NCBI GenBank assembly: GCA_963806185.1
Contig: CAWDXE010000001.1
Coordinates: 32,001-96,000, forward strand
Length of the DNA: 64,000 nt
Source: an uncultured candidate division Zixibacteria bacterium
Lineage (GTDB): Bacteria > Zixibacteria > MSB-5A5 > GN15 > FEB-12
Reading direction: 5' to 3'
Below, piece after piece: positions 28,200 through 37,472 of this stretch. Made by a program: the position numbers and the translations under genes. Below the pieces are notes generated by a model. The model saw only the letters and a program-made list of their open reading frames with translations. It had not been told where the DNA came from and searched no databases. The number at the start of each line of letters is the position of its first letter. Position 1 is the stretch's first letter.

Positions 28200-28616
28200 G
28201 TGAAAATGCTCGGTCGCCATCTGATTGTCGAGTATACGGACTGCAACAACGGTCTGCTTGACAACATTCGGTTGCTGGAGGAGCATATGAATGAAGCGGT
28301 GCGTCGGTCCGGTGCTACGGTCGTACGCTCGGTCTTCCATCGCTACATGCCGCAGGGCGTCTCGGGAGTGATCGTCATTGCCGAGTCGCATATCTCTATC
28401 CACACGTGGCCGGAATACGGCTACGCGGCGGTCGATTTCTTCACTTGTGGCCAGTCGGTTGATCCGTGGAAGGCCCACGAGTACATGAAGGAGGCGCTCG
28501 ACTGCCGGCAGTCCTTTGTCCAGGAACTCAAACGGGGTATCCCGTCTGAGATCGACGAAGTCATCAACCACAAACCGGTACAGATGCCAGCCAACCTGGC
28601 GTCCCGGGCCAGCTAA
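28200..28616 (+). CDS. speD: S-adenosylmethionine decarboxylase proenzyme (short SpeH type)
   Basis: GRHLIVE, IAESHISIHTWPE, DFFTCG; GTG 28200 after AAGGAGG. Confidence 0.96.
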   Translation: MKMLGRHLIVEYTDCNNGLLDNIRLLEEHMNEAVRRSGATVVRSVFHRYMPQGVSGVIVIAESHISIHTWPEYGYAAVDFFTCGQSVDPWKAHEYMKEALDCRQSFVQELKRGIPSEIDEVINHKPVQMPANLASRAS

Positions 28617-28633
28617 CCTTAGGGGAAGGCGAA

Positions 28634-29803
28634 ATGACCCGTTCCGTTAATTTTGCTGCGATGGAGGACACCGCCCTCTTCCGGGGCGTCGACACCGCGC
28701 TCATCCGCGAGATGTTTGAAAAGCGTCGTCTCGAGACGCCGCTTCTTCTCCTGTCCCGCCAGGAGGTGCGGCGCAATTACGACGCGCTCAAAGCGGCCCT
28801 GCCGCGGGTGGCCATCCACTACGCCGTGAAATCGAATAACCACCCGGTTATTCTGCAGGAGGTCTGGGACCGCGGCGGCAATTTCGACGTCTGCTCGGCT
28901 GGTGAAATCGACGACGTTCTCAAGACGCGCGTCGATGCTTCCACCATCATCCACACCCACCCGGTGAAATCCATTCCGGAGTTCGACCGGGCCGTGGGCG
29001 CCGGCGTCGATACGTTTGTGGTGGATAATCCTGAAGAAGTTCAGAAATTCCGCCGGTACACAAATAAGAAGCTGAAAGTCATCATTCGGTATAAGATCGG
29101 CCTGGAAAAGGCTGCGGTGGTCAATTTGCAGTACAAGTTCGGCTGCAACGTGAAAGAAGTCCTGCCGCTGGCCCAGATGATCCAGGACGCCGGCCACGAA
29201 TTCTACGGCCTGAGCTTCCATATCGGCTCTCAGTGCATCTACGTCGAGAACTATCTTAAGGCGATCGACGGCGCCAAGAAGCTGATTGCCCAGCTCGACC
29301 AGGCCGGGTTCAATATGCGCGTACTCGATATCGGCGGCGGCTTCCCCGTCCAGTATCTTGACCCGGTGCCGTCCATCGAGGAGTTCTGCGAGCCGATCAC
29401 GAAGGCGCTGGACAAGAAGATCCGCCCCGGCATCAAGGTCATCTGCGAACCGGGTCGTTTTATCTCGGCCAGCCCGGTCACTCTGGTCTGCTCGGTTATC
29501 GGCAAGGCCTTCCGTGACGGCAAGGTCTGGTATTATCTCGACGACGGCCTCTACTCCAGCTTCAGCGGCATCCTCTACGACCATTGTGTTTACCCGGTCG
29601 TGGCGGATCGCGAGGGCGACGAGAAGCTGTCCGTGCTGTCGGGCCCGACCTGTGACTCGTTTGACGTCATGTACGACGGCCTGATGATTCCGGAACACAA
29701 TATCGGCGACATGTTCGTTTTCCCGTGCACCGGGGCCTACTGCTCGGTGTCCGGCTCGAACTTTAACTCTCTCCGCCGGGCGGAGTACAAGGTGATAGAC
29801 TAA
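28634..29803 (+). CDS. Fold-type III PLP ornithine (/lysine) decarboxylase
   Basis: HYAVKSN, KFG, SFHIGSQ, DIGGGFP, EPGR, GPTCDSFD, TGAY. Confidence 0.9.
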   Translation: MTRSVNFAAMEDTALFRGVDTALIREMFEKRRLETPLLLLSRQEVRRNYDALKAALPRVAIHYAVKSNNHPVILQEVWDRGGNFDVCSAGEIDDVLKTRVDASTIIHTHPVKSIPEFDRAVGAGVDTFVVDNPEEVQKFRRYTNKKLKVIIRYKIGLEKAAVVNLQYKFGCNVKEVLPLAQMIQDAGHEFYGLSFHIGSQCIYVENYLKAIDGAKKLIAQLDQAGFNMRVLDIGGGFPVQYLDPVPSIEEFCEPITKALDKKIRPGIKVICEPGRFISASPVTLVCSVIGKAFRDGKVWYYLDDGLYSSFSGILYDHCVYPVVADREGDEKLSVLSGPTCDSFDVMYDGLMIPEHNIGDMFVFPCTGAYCSVSGSNFNSLRRAEYKVID

Positions 29804-29811
29804 GAGAGGTC

Positions 29812-30708
29812 ATGGCGACGACTAAGAAATCAGCACAGCGGGATGTCGCTGTAACCGGTATGGAGGACCTGTGGAATGTCTGGTACTCCGAATTGCAGGA
29901 TCACTCGTGCGGCCTGACGGTCAAGGTGGATGAGCTGGTCGAATCGACCAACTCGAAATTCCAGCGTATTGACATCATCCGCAACGGGTTTTTCGGCAAG
30001 ATTCTGGTGCTCTACGGCTCGCTCATGGCGGCCGAGAACGACAACAACGTGTACAACGAGATGATCACGCATGTGCCGTTGTTTGTCCACCCGAATCCGA
30101 AAAAGGTCCTCATTATTGGCGGCGGCGACTGCGGCGCGCTCACCGAGGTGCTCAAACACCCGGAGGTGAAGCAGTGCACCATGTGCGAAATCGACAAGAT
30201 GGTGGTTGAGGTGTCCAAGAAGCATCTCCCCCACCTCACCACCGGCACGAAGGACAAACGGGCCAAGCTGGTGTTTGCCGACGGCAAGGATTTCATCGCC
30301 AGGACCAAAGAGAAGTTCGATATCATCATTCTCGACCTGTCCGACCCGGTGGGGCCGGCCGCCGACCTGTTCCAGAAGCCGTTCCATCAGAAGGTGTTTG
30401 ACACACTGACGGACGACGGCATCATGCTGGCGCAGTCGGAGTCGCCGTTTTTCCACAAGACGGCGGTGAAGTCGATGTACAAAAACGTCCGGGACATCTT
30501 CCCGATTGTCGAGATGTACATCGCTCACATGCCGATCTACCCGTCGGCGCTCTGGTCGTTTGCGTTCTGTTCCAAGAAGTACCATCCGTTGCGGGATTTT
30601 GACCGTAACCGGTACGACAAGCAGAAACCGAAAACCCGGTATTACAACGGCGACATCCATACGGCGTCGTTTGCCTTGCCGGAGTTTGCGAAAGAACTGA
30701 TCAAGTAA
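29812..30708 (+). CDS. speE: Spermidine synthase (polyamine aminopropyltransferase)
   Basis: YNEMITHVP, VLIIGGGDCG, CEID, DLSDPVGPA. Confidence 0.95.
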   Translation: MATTKKSAQRDVAVTGMEDLWNVWYSELQDHSCGLTVKVDELVESTNSKFQRIDIIRNGFFGKILVLYGSLMAAENDNNVYNEMITHVPLFVHPNPKKVLIIGGGDCGALTEVLKHPEVKQCTMCEIDKMVVEVSKKHLPHLTTGTKDKRAKLVFADGKDFIARTKEKFDIIILDLSDPVGPAADLFQKPFHQKVFDTLTDDGIMLAQSESPFFHKTAVKSMYKNVRDIFPIVEMYIAHMPIYPSALWSFAFCSKKYHPLRDFDRNRYDKQKPKTRYYNGDIHTASFALPEFAKELIK

Positions 30709-30731
30709 TTTTCCATTTGCGAGCCCCCGTG

Positions 30732-30768
30732 AAGCCGCCGGATTGCGAAACCCGGCGGCTTTTTGTTT
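30732..30768 (+). terminator. Intrinsic terminator of polyamine operon
   Basis: AAGCCGCCGG...CCGGCGGCTT followed by TTTGTTT. Confidence 0.88.
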
Positions 30769-30818
30769 ATTGTACCGGTCCGGGCTGAAACGCATAATCT
30801 GGTGAAAGGTCTGATCCA

Positions 30819-31139
30819 ATGACGTCTATTAATCTTATCGAAATCCCGGAGATTGAACTGGCTCCCGGGTACATGTCTCGACTGGTGCATTCTGAGTCAA
30901 TGACCATCTCGAATGTGCATGCAAAGGCTCATTCTCCACTGCCGGAACATTATCACCCGCAGGAGCAGGTGGTGAACGTCATCGACGGCATTATAGAGCT
31001 GACCATGGAAGGAACCAAACACCTGCTTGGGCCGGGCTCGGTGCTGGTGATACCGCCTAACGTGCCGCACAGCGCCTACACCCAGACGGACTGCCATATT
31101 ATCGATGTGTTTCATCCGGTGAGGAAGTTTACGAAATAG
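30819..31139 (+). CDS. Cupin domain protein
   Basis: PEHYHPQEQ...G...IPPNVPHS...DVFHP. Confidence 0.88.
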   Translation: MTSINLIEIPEIELAPGYMSRLVHSESMTISNVHAKAHSPLPEHYHPQEQVVNVIDGIIELTMEGTKHLLGPGSVLVIPPNVPHSAYTQTDCHIIDVFHPVRKFTK

Positions 31140-31205
31140 GAATGCACGGCGCGTGTCGCACGAAGACGTACGCCAAGCATCTGACGAGCCAGCGGCCCCT
31201 CATGT

Positions 31206-31240
31206 TCCCTCTCCCTCCGGGGAAGGGCTAGGGTGAGGGC
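31206..31240 (-). repeat. BoxC-like REP element
   Basis: Minus strand GCCCTCACCCTAGCCCTTCCCCGGAGGGAGAGGGA; related copy in opposite orientation at 32226. Confidence 0.6.
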
Positions 31241-31257
31241 CGAAGGGAATACTACCC

Positions 31258-31944
31258 ATGACCACCATCATCCAGCTCTGCGATATCGAAGGACCTGGGA
31301 CCATCCTCGACTACCTCAACCAACGAGGCGAGTCGTATCAGGTCATCCACCTCTATCGCGACAATCCACTGCCCCGTCTTGACGATGTCACCCGCGTCAT
31401 CTGTACCGGCTGTCCCCTGTCGGTCGTCGAATACCAACAGCACGAGTTTCTCAAGCGCATGTACGCATTCCTGAGTGAAATCGCTCGGCGCAACACTCCA
31501 TATCTTGGCATTTGCTTCGGCTCCCAGATTCTGGCCAGAGTGCTCGGCGCCAAGGTCGAACGGCATACGCATAAAGAGATCGGCGCGTACAAAGTGACGC
31601 TCACGAGCGACGGCGCGGCCGATCCACTTTTTGCCGGTTTTGCGCCCGAGTTCGACGTCTTTCACTGGCATGGCGATACGTTCCGCGTGCCGTTTGGCCT
31701 CCCGCTTCTGGTCACCAGTGAGAGCTGTAAGAACCAGGCTTTCCGTCAGGGGAATCTGGTGGGTGTGCAGTTCCATATTGAGACGACCGCCGCGGAAGCC
31801 ACCGTCTGGTGTAATCGGTATGCCTCGGAACTGGCCGAGATCGGCAAGAGCAAGGACGAGGTACTCGCAGAGTACGCTTCAATCGAGTCCGCCATTCGGG
31901 AAAGCAATTTCAAGCTGCTGGAGAACTGGTTTAAGCTGGGGTGA
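31258..31944 (+). CDS. Type 1 glutamine amidotransferase (GMP-synthase-like domain)
   Basis: LGICFGSQ, HWHGD, QFHIE triad. Confidence 0.92.
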   Translation: MTTIIQLCDIEGPGTILDYLNQRGESYQVIHLYRDNPLPRLDDVTRVICTGCPLSVVEYQQHEFLKRMYAFLSEIARRNTPYLGICFGSQILARVLGAKVERHTHKEIGAYKVTLTSDGAADPLFAGFAPEFDVFHWHGDTFRVPFGLPLLVTSESCKNQAFRQGNLVGVQFHIETTAAEATVWCNRYASELAEIGKSKDEVLAEYASIESAIRESNFKLLENWFKLG

Positions 31945-32060
31945 AACGGTTGTCGGGTTTCTCTGCGAATCCGGCTCGCCTCGGAACTCGCCTGACGTTA
32001 CTGGCGCACGAGACGTACGCCAGCCATTGGAAGTTGAAGGCGTACGGGGCAAACTTACTT

Positions 32061-32101
32061 GTCAGGCTTCTTGATCAATTGGACATAGAAGCCTGACCTA
32101 C
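32061..32101 (-). repeat. GTAG-type REP-like hairpin
   Basis: GTCAGGCTTCT...AGAAGCCTGAC 11-bp stem followed by CTAC (GTAG on minus strand). Confidence 0.55.
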
Positions 32102-32120
32102 GGAAGAGTCCTGACTTCTC

Positions 32121-32194
32121 CCCAATGTCATTCCCGCCGCCCCAATGTCATCCCCGCCGCCCCAATGTCATCCCCGCCTTGAGCGGGGATCCAG
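32121..32194 (+). repeat. Three tandem 20-bp units ending in a GTCAT-type palindrome
   Basis: CCCAATGTCATYCCCGCCGC x2, then a third unit running into ATCCCCGC-CTTGA-GCGGGGAT-CCAG. Confidence 0.85.
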
Positions 32195-32225
32195 CCCTGA
32201 CATGTTTCCAACAATCGTCCTACGG

Positions 32226-32263
32226 GCCCCCACCCCCGCCCCTCTCCCTGAAGGGCGAGGGAG
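32226..32263 (+). repeat. BoxC-like REP element
   Basis: GCCCCCACCCCCGCCCCTCTCCCTGAAGGGCGAGGGAG; similar to the 31206-31240 copy. Confidence 0.6.
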
Positions 32264-32280
32264 AAGAAAAGAGAACTGAA

Positions 32281-32315
32281 AGATCGCCACGGCGCGAAGC
32301 GCGCCTCGCGATGAC
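32281..32315 (-). repeat. GTCAT-type palindromic element
   Basis: Minus strand GTCATCGCGAGGCGCGCTTCGCGCCGTGGCGATCT, facing the GTCAT element at ~32166. Confidence 0.55.
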
Positions 32316-32342
32316 CTTCAACAAGACTGTTCGACGACCCTC

Positions 32343-32379
32343 CAAACAAACACCGCCGGCTGCTTGCGCAACCGGCGGT
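32343..32379 (-). terminator. Probable terminator of sigma54 activator gene
   Basis: ACCGCCGG...CCGGCGGT stem followed by GTTTGTTTG on the minus strand. Confidence 0.6.
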
Positions 32380-32409
32380 CATTTGAACTATCCTTGTCCC
32401 CCTGGGTGG

Positions 32410-33801
32410 TTACTCACCCTCCCCGGATTCTCCCTTCCCTGGCAGAAGCTCTTTCAATTTGTACCGCTCCAGCTTGCGATAGAGTGTCGAGCTATCGATA
32501 CCCAAAAGCTTGGCCGCCTCGGCCTTCTTCCCCTTCGTCTGCGTCATGACGTAGTGGATGTACGCCTTCTCGATCAATTCCAGCGACGGCGTCTTGGGGT
32601 CCTCTTCACTGACCACGGTCGTCGGCTCCGGCGTCCTGAGTTTCTCCGGGAAATCGGAGACATCAATCAAGTCGGACCGATTGAGCAACACTGCCCGTTC
32701 GAGCGTATTCTCCAGCTCGCGCACGTTGCCCGGCCATTGATAGCTTTTCAACAGACGCATCGACTCGGCCGACAGCCGCTTGGTAGATGACGATGTCCGC
32801 GCTGCGAATTTCTTCAGGAAATGCTCGCACAGGAGTTCGATATCTTCGATCCGCTCCCGAAGCGCCGGGATATAAATCGGAATGACATTGAGCCGGTAGA
32901 ACAGGTCGGCCCGGAACCGGTTGGCTTGAACGTCCTTCTCCAGATCGGCGTTGGTGGCGGCAATGAGGCGGACATCGACTTCGATCGGCTGGGTATCGCC
33001 CACCGGCGTGATCTTCTTGTCTTCGAGCACGCGCAGAAGTTTGACCTGAATCGATAGCGAGGTGTTGCCTACTTCGTCGAGGAAGAACGTCCCGTTGCTC
33101 GCGACGGCGAACAGGCCTTCCTTGTCCTTAATCGCGCCGGTAAAGGACCCTTTCCGATGGCCAAAGAGCTCCGACTCCAGCAGGGTTTCCGGCAGGGCGG
33201 CGCAGTTGATCGTCACAAACGGTCCGCCGCAACGGGTCGAGTGATGGTGAATGGCGCGGGCAATCAGGTCCTTGCCAGTGCCCGACTCACCACGAATGAG
33301 CACGGTGGAATCGGTCCCCGCCACCCGCTGAGCCAGCTTTTTCAGTTTGACGATGGCGTCGGACGCGCCGATGAATTTGTCGAACGAGTTGTCGTCCTGC
33401 AACTGGCGCTTGAGGGTCGAATTCTCCTGAATGAGCTGACGGCGATTGATGGATTTCTCGATCGCCAGCTTGATTTCGTCGACCTTAAACGGCTTGGTGA
33501 TGTAGTCAGCCGCGCCCTGTTTCATCGCCTCGATAGCGGTATCCACCGACGCAAAGGCGGTCATCACGATAAACTCCTGGCCGCTCTTGAATGACTTGAC
33601 CTGCTTGAGAACGTCGATACCGGTCATCTCCGGCATCTGCAGATCGGCGATCACCAGATCGTAATTCTTGTCCTTCAGGCGAACGACGCCATCCTTGGCC
33701 GAAGTCGTGGTGTCCACGCTGTACCCTTCCTTGGCCAGCATGATCTCCATGAAATTGCACATGGAATCTTCGTCGTCGATGACCAGAATTTTCGACGTCA
33801 T
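32410..33801 (-). CDS. sigma54-dependent response regulator (NtrC/AtoC family: REC-AAA+-Fis HTH)
   Basis: Receiver domain; GESGTGKD; ELFGHRKGSFTGA; FLDEV; WPGNVRELEN; C-terminal HTH. Confidence 0.96.
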   Translation of the reverse strand: MTSKILVIDDEDSMCNFMEIMLAKEGYSVDTTTSAKDGVVRLKDKNYDLVIADLQMPEMTGIDVLKQVKSFKSGQEFIVMTAFASVDTAIEAMKQGAADYITKPFKVDEIKLAIEKSINRRQLIQENSTLKRQLQDDNSFDKFIGASDAIVKLKKLAQRVAGTDSTVLIRGESGTGKDLIARAIHHHSTRCGGPFVTINCAALPETLLESELFGHRKGSFTGAIKDKEGLFAVASNGTFFLDEVGNTSLSIQVKLLRVLEDKKITPVGDTQPIEVDVRLIAATNADLEKDVQANRFRADLFYRLNVIPIYIPALRERIEDIELLCEHFLKKFAARTSSSTKRLSAESMRLLKSYQWPGNVRELENTLERAVLLNRSDLIDVSDFPEKLRTPEPTTVVSEEDPKTPSLELIEKAYIHYVMTQTKGKKAEAAKLLGIDSSTLYRKLERYKLKELLPGKGESGEGE

Positions 33802-34018
33802 GAGTCCCTTTCGGACAGAGTTACAGAGCCACCGTATCCTCCTATATTTTCGGCTCTGTAGAGTCCGGATGTAGAGGGGAAAACGAAGATGATCATTCTT
33901 TACACAGGTGGTTGACCAACCCGGTCGACGACAATATATTCGCTCTGTGGCGGCACGCCCATACTCTGAACCAATGCCCCTGCCGCAGCGTTACATATCG
34001 AAACCGAGGAAACATTTC

Positions 34019-34828
34019 GTGACGAGCAGTTCCGCCAGTTCACCACTACGGCTCTTGCCGGCGTTGGACAACGCCCTCACCCAGCATGTCCGCCCGGGAA
34101 CCTTCCCCCTGGCGGTGCGCATGGTAGCGGACGGTGAGGCTTTGCCCGAACGGACCCGCCGCCCGAAACAGGATTTCGGTCACGACGTGGCGATCTGCCA
34201 GACGTTCTCCATCGCCCGGCGTTACGGCTGGCAATTGGCTGTCGGCGCTGACGATGTCGGCTGCCCGCTGGCTCTGACCGCCTTCGGATTCAAGCTGGAG
34301 ACGACTGCCTTCTCTTGTGGCGAAATGTGCGGCGGCATGTTCACCGAGACGAACGAAATCGGCGCCACCACCGAGGCCCAGGTACCCAAATTCTCCTTTC
34401 AGCAATACAAATATCTGCTCACCGCCCCAATTAGCCGGGCAGCGTTTCGACCCCATCTCTACTTGATCTACGGCAATTCAGCCCAGGTCATGCGGATGAT
34501 GACTGCTTACCTGTGGAAATCGGGCGGCTACCTGTCGTCGCGGTTTTCGGGACGGCTGGATTGTGCTGACATCTGCATTGAAACAATGCTCACCGGCAAA
34601 GCGCAGGTGATCCTCCCCTGCTACGGGGATAGGGTGTTTGGCCAGACACAGGACGATGAGATGGCGTTTACGATACCGGCAGGCGACGAACAGCGGATGA
34701 TCGACGGCTTCGAGGGAACTCACGAGGGAGGAATACGCTACCCGACGCCATCATTCCTCAGGTATCAGCCTCTCTTTCCTAAACATTACTACAAACTCTT
34801 TGACGAATGGAACCGGGAGAAGCAGTGA
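34019..34828 (+). CDS. DUF169 family protein
   Basis: ICQ.F..AR..G, GCP, N..Q.MR, DCAD, LPCYGDR..G...DEM; start uncertain (GTG 34019 after GAGG). Confidence 0.75.
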   Translation: MTSSSASSPLRLLPALDNALTQHVRPGTFPLAVRMVADGEALPERTRRPKQDFGHDVAICQTFSIARRYGWQLAVGADDVGCPLALTAFGFKLETTAFSCGEMCGGMFTETNEIGATTEAQVPKFSFQQYKYLLTAPISRAAFRPHLYLIYGNSAQVMRMMTAYLWKSGGYLSSRFSGRLDCADICIETMLTGKAQVILPCYGDRVFGQTQDDEMAFTIPAGDEQRMIDGFEGTHEGGIRYPTPSFLRYQPLFPKHYYKLFDEWNREKQ

Positions 34829-34877
34829 TCGATATCAAGGGTGGGGCTGTACACTTCTCCGCAATCCGGACCTGATT

Positions 34878-35882
34878 ATGGCAAGAGACAAACTCTCTCA
34901 TCGGGAACGAATACTCACGATTTGCCGGGGGGACCAACCCGATCGATATGCCGCCTCATTCTGGCGTCATTTTTATCACCTGGAGAGCACGGCCGAGGGT
35001 ACCGCCGAAGCGATGCTGAACTGGCAACGGCTCTTCGACTGGGACTTCATGAAGATCAACCCGCGCGCCGACTACCATATCGAGGACTGGGGGCTGAAAC
35101 AGAGCTACTCCCGGGACGAGTTCACCAAACACGTTAAGACAAGCTATCCAATCCGGAAGCCGGAAGACTGGATCAAGATCAATCCTCTGCCGATGACCGC
35201 ACCATCGCTGGCTGAGCATCTCAAAGTCGTCACTCTGATCCGGAAACGTTCGGATAGGGAGTTACCAATCCTAATGACTGTCTTCACCCCGCTGGCCATC
35301 GCCGGCCGGATGGTGCAGGACAATCAGATGTTGGCCGACCACATGCGCGCCCATCCCGAGCTGATTCACAGCGCTCTCCGGGCCATTGCACAGACGTTCC
35401 AGGCGTTTGTCGCCGAACTTCGCAACGCCGGCGCTGATGGCATCTTCTTCGCCACCACCCAATGGGCATCGAGCGATCTGATTACCTGGCAGGAGTACGA
35501 GGCCTTTGGAATTCCTTATGATCGCGAGGTTATCGAGGCTTCCGAGGGGGACTCGCTCAATCTGCTTCATGTTTGCGCGAGCAATAATTTCCTGGAGCCG
35601 ATGGTGCAACTCAACTACCCGGCTCAGATGATAAATTGGGATGGCAGCGATCCGACCAACTTGCCGTTGGATCTAGCCTACGAAGTCATCACCGATCAGG
35701 CTATGGTCGGTGGTGTCGACTACAACGGCTGGCTTCTGAAGGGCAATCCCGACGAAGTCGCCTACCTGACCGATCAACTCAAAGAAAACAACCAGCCCTC
35801 GCGGGTGATCATCGGACCCGGTTGCTCCATTGCGCCGGAGACACCGCTCGCAAACCTGCAGGCTATACGGGACAGATTATGA
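34878..35882 (+). CDS. Uroporphyrinogen decarboxylase (URO-D/MtaA)-family protein
   Basis: SFWRHF, TVFTPL, GADGIFFA, LLHVC, IIGPGCSI. Confidence 0.8.
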   Translation: MARDKLSHRERILTICRGDQPDRYAASFWRHFYHLESTAEGTAEAMLNWQRLFDWDFMKINPRADYHIEDWGLKQSYSRDEFTKHVKTSYPIRKPEDWIKINPLPMTAPSLAEHLKVVTLIRKRSDRELPILMTVFTPLAIAGRMVQDNQMLADHMRAHPELIHSALRAIAQTFQAFVAELRNAGADGIFFATTQWASSDLITWQEYEAFGIPYDREVIEASEGDSLNLLHVCASNNFLEPMVQLNYPAQMINWDGSDPTNLPLDLAYEVITDQAMVGGVDYNGWLLKGNPDEVAYLTDQLKENNQPSRVIIGPGCSIAPETPLANLQAIRDRL

Positions 35883-36346
35883 TGGACGATACTCGCCGAC
35901 AGCTCGTTGACAACATCCGCATTGCCATTGCACACCAGAAATCCGAGCGTGACGTCCTCAAGACGACCGCCGAGATGATCGATTCCTATTCCGAGGATTT
36001 CAACTGGACCGGCTTTTACATGATGAAGGGTGATATTCTCGAGGTCGGACCGTACGTCGGGCCAAAGACCGATCATGTGCGAATTGAGTTGAATCGGGGT
36101 ATTTGTGGCGCCGCGGCGTCTCAGAAGAAGACCATCATTGTGGACGATGTTCAGGCCGACCCCCGGTTTCTCGCCTGTTCGATTTCAACGCGGTCGGAAA
36201 TCGTTGTGCCGCTGCTTGACGGCGAGTCTGTGCTGGGCGAGATCGACATCGATTCAAACCGGCCGTCAAATTTCACCTCCACCGATCGCCAGATGCTGGA
36301 GGAGATTGCCGACTTGGTCGTGAATCGACTGAAAGAGGTTCGTTAA
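35879..36346 (+). CDS. GAF-domain protein (free Met-R-sulfoxide reductase-like)
   Basis: NWTGFY, GICGAAA, VDDV, ACS..TRSEIVVP, GEIDIDS; ATGA overlap with upstream stop. Confidence 0.88.
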   Translation: MMDDTRRQLVDNIRIAIAHQKSERDVLKTTAEMIDSYSEDFNWTGFYMMKGDILEVGPYVGPKTDHVRIELNRGICGAAASQKKTIIVDDVQADPRFLACSISTRSEIVVPLLDGESVLGEIDIDSNRPSNFTSTDRQMLEEIADLVVNRLKEVR

Positions 36347-36432
36347 CCGTCGAGTGACTGCCATCCGACCGGGCAAATCTTTTGTTTACACTCCGTTGTT
36401 GATTCTGCATTATTTCCGGTGGAGGAAGTACA

Positions 36433-36957
36433 ATGCAGCGGATCAATCTCCAAGCTTCGCAGTCACTGGCGTGGATTCAACCACGAGCGTTATGCCACTC
36501 GTGGGAACTGACGCAAAACGGCCAGGTCGTCGGTACGATGGCGTTGAAAAGTAGATTCAGCTCCCGCGCGGTCGCCGAATCTGCCGAAGGAAGCTGGCGC
36601 ATGGGCCAACCTCGGTTTTTTAGTTCAGACATTCATGTCGAGAAGGACGGCGTCCCCGGTGATGTCGCCCTGGCTCATCAGAGCTGGCGTGGCAACGGGA
36701 TGATCAAATTCGCTGACGGTAAGCAATACGCCTGGAAACGAACGGGTTTCTTTCGGGGCACTTGGCACGTGACCGATGAAATCGGCCAGGAGTTTCTTAC
36801 GATAACGGAGCGCGGTCGCTTCTTTCGAGCCGAATCAGATGTACAAATTTCTCCGTTTGCAGGGAATAACAGTCATCTTCCGGTCATAGTCGCTCTCATG
36901 TGGTACCTGGTGCAGATACAACGTCGTCGAGGTGCGGCCGTCGCGGCTTCCGTGTGA
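36433..36957 (+). CDS. Hypothetical protein
   Basis: GGAGG RBS; beta-rich with C-terminal hydrophobic helix. Confidence 0.7.
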   Translation: MQRINLQASQSLAWIQPRALCHSWELTQNGQVVGTMALKSRFSSRAVAESAEGSWRMGQPRFFSSDIHVEKDGVPGDVALAHQSWRGNGMIKFADGKQYAWKRTGFFRGTWHVTDEIGQEFLTITERGRFFRAESDVQISPFAGNNSHLPVIVALMWYLVQIQRRRGAAVAASV

Positions 36958-36981
36958 TCGGCTGAAAAGGAGGAATGAAAT

Positions 36982-37143
36982 ATGTTCATGGGGATTCTGC
37001 TCCTGTTGCTGGGGTTGCTCATACTCCTGCAGCGACTGGGGGTCATTCACGGCGGCTTCTGGGGCTTTTTGTGGCCGGCCGTGCTGGTAGCGGTAGGTGT
37101 CTACCTGATTACGAAAAATCGCAGCAAGCCCAATCAGTTGTAA
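36982..37143 (+). CDS. Small 2-TM membrane protein (LiaF-TM/DUF5668-like), 53 aa
   Basis: Below track cutoff: MFMGILLLLLGLLILLQRLGVIHGGFWGFLWPAVLVAVGVYLITKNRSKPNQL; AGGAGG RBS. Confidence 0.8.
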   Translation: MFMGILLLLLGLLILLQRLGVIHGGFWGFLWPAVLVAVGVYLITKNRSKPNQL

Positions 37144-37145
37144 AC

Positions 37146-37469
37146 GTGCCCATAAGCAATTTCTATTTCGATCCGGACGGCGAGGGGACGTCTGTCTTTC
37201 TCGGTCCTACAGAGTCCCGGCTCATGGACCTGGCGTGGAAGTACAAGTCACTCTCCGTGAAGAAGGCGATGACCCTCATGGGAGATGAAAGTGATCTGGC
37301 TTACACCACGATCATGACCGTGTTGCAGCGGCTCACCGACAAGGGCCTGCTGCGAAGGGAGAAACAGGGACGGAATTTTGTGTATCACGCGGTTGGTGAT
37401 CGAGAAACGTTCCTGCGCCTGCGGATCGAACGAATCCAGTTCTGCCTGAAACGAAATTTCGAAGTCTGA
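37146..37469 (+). CDS. BlaI/MecI/CopY-family transcriptional regulator
   Basis: LGPTE..LM...W, LAYTTIMTVLQRLTDKGLL.R...GR.FVY; GTG 37146, two bases after upstream stop. Confidence 0.88.
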   Translation: MPISNFYFDPDGEGTSVFLGPTESRLMDLAWKYKSLSVKKAMTLMGDESDLAYTTIMTVLQRLTDKGLLRREKQGRNFVYHAVGDRETFLRLRIERIQFCLKRNFEV

Positions 37470-37472
37470 GCG

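Noticed and set aside
32121..32180. CRISPR array
   Set aside because: The 20-bp units are directly adjacent with no spacers; only three copies; no cas genes.
36975..37469. Single 164-aa ORF as given in the track
   Set aside because: Its first 57 codons overlap a better-supported membrane-protein ORF in another frame; the regulator starts at 37146.
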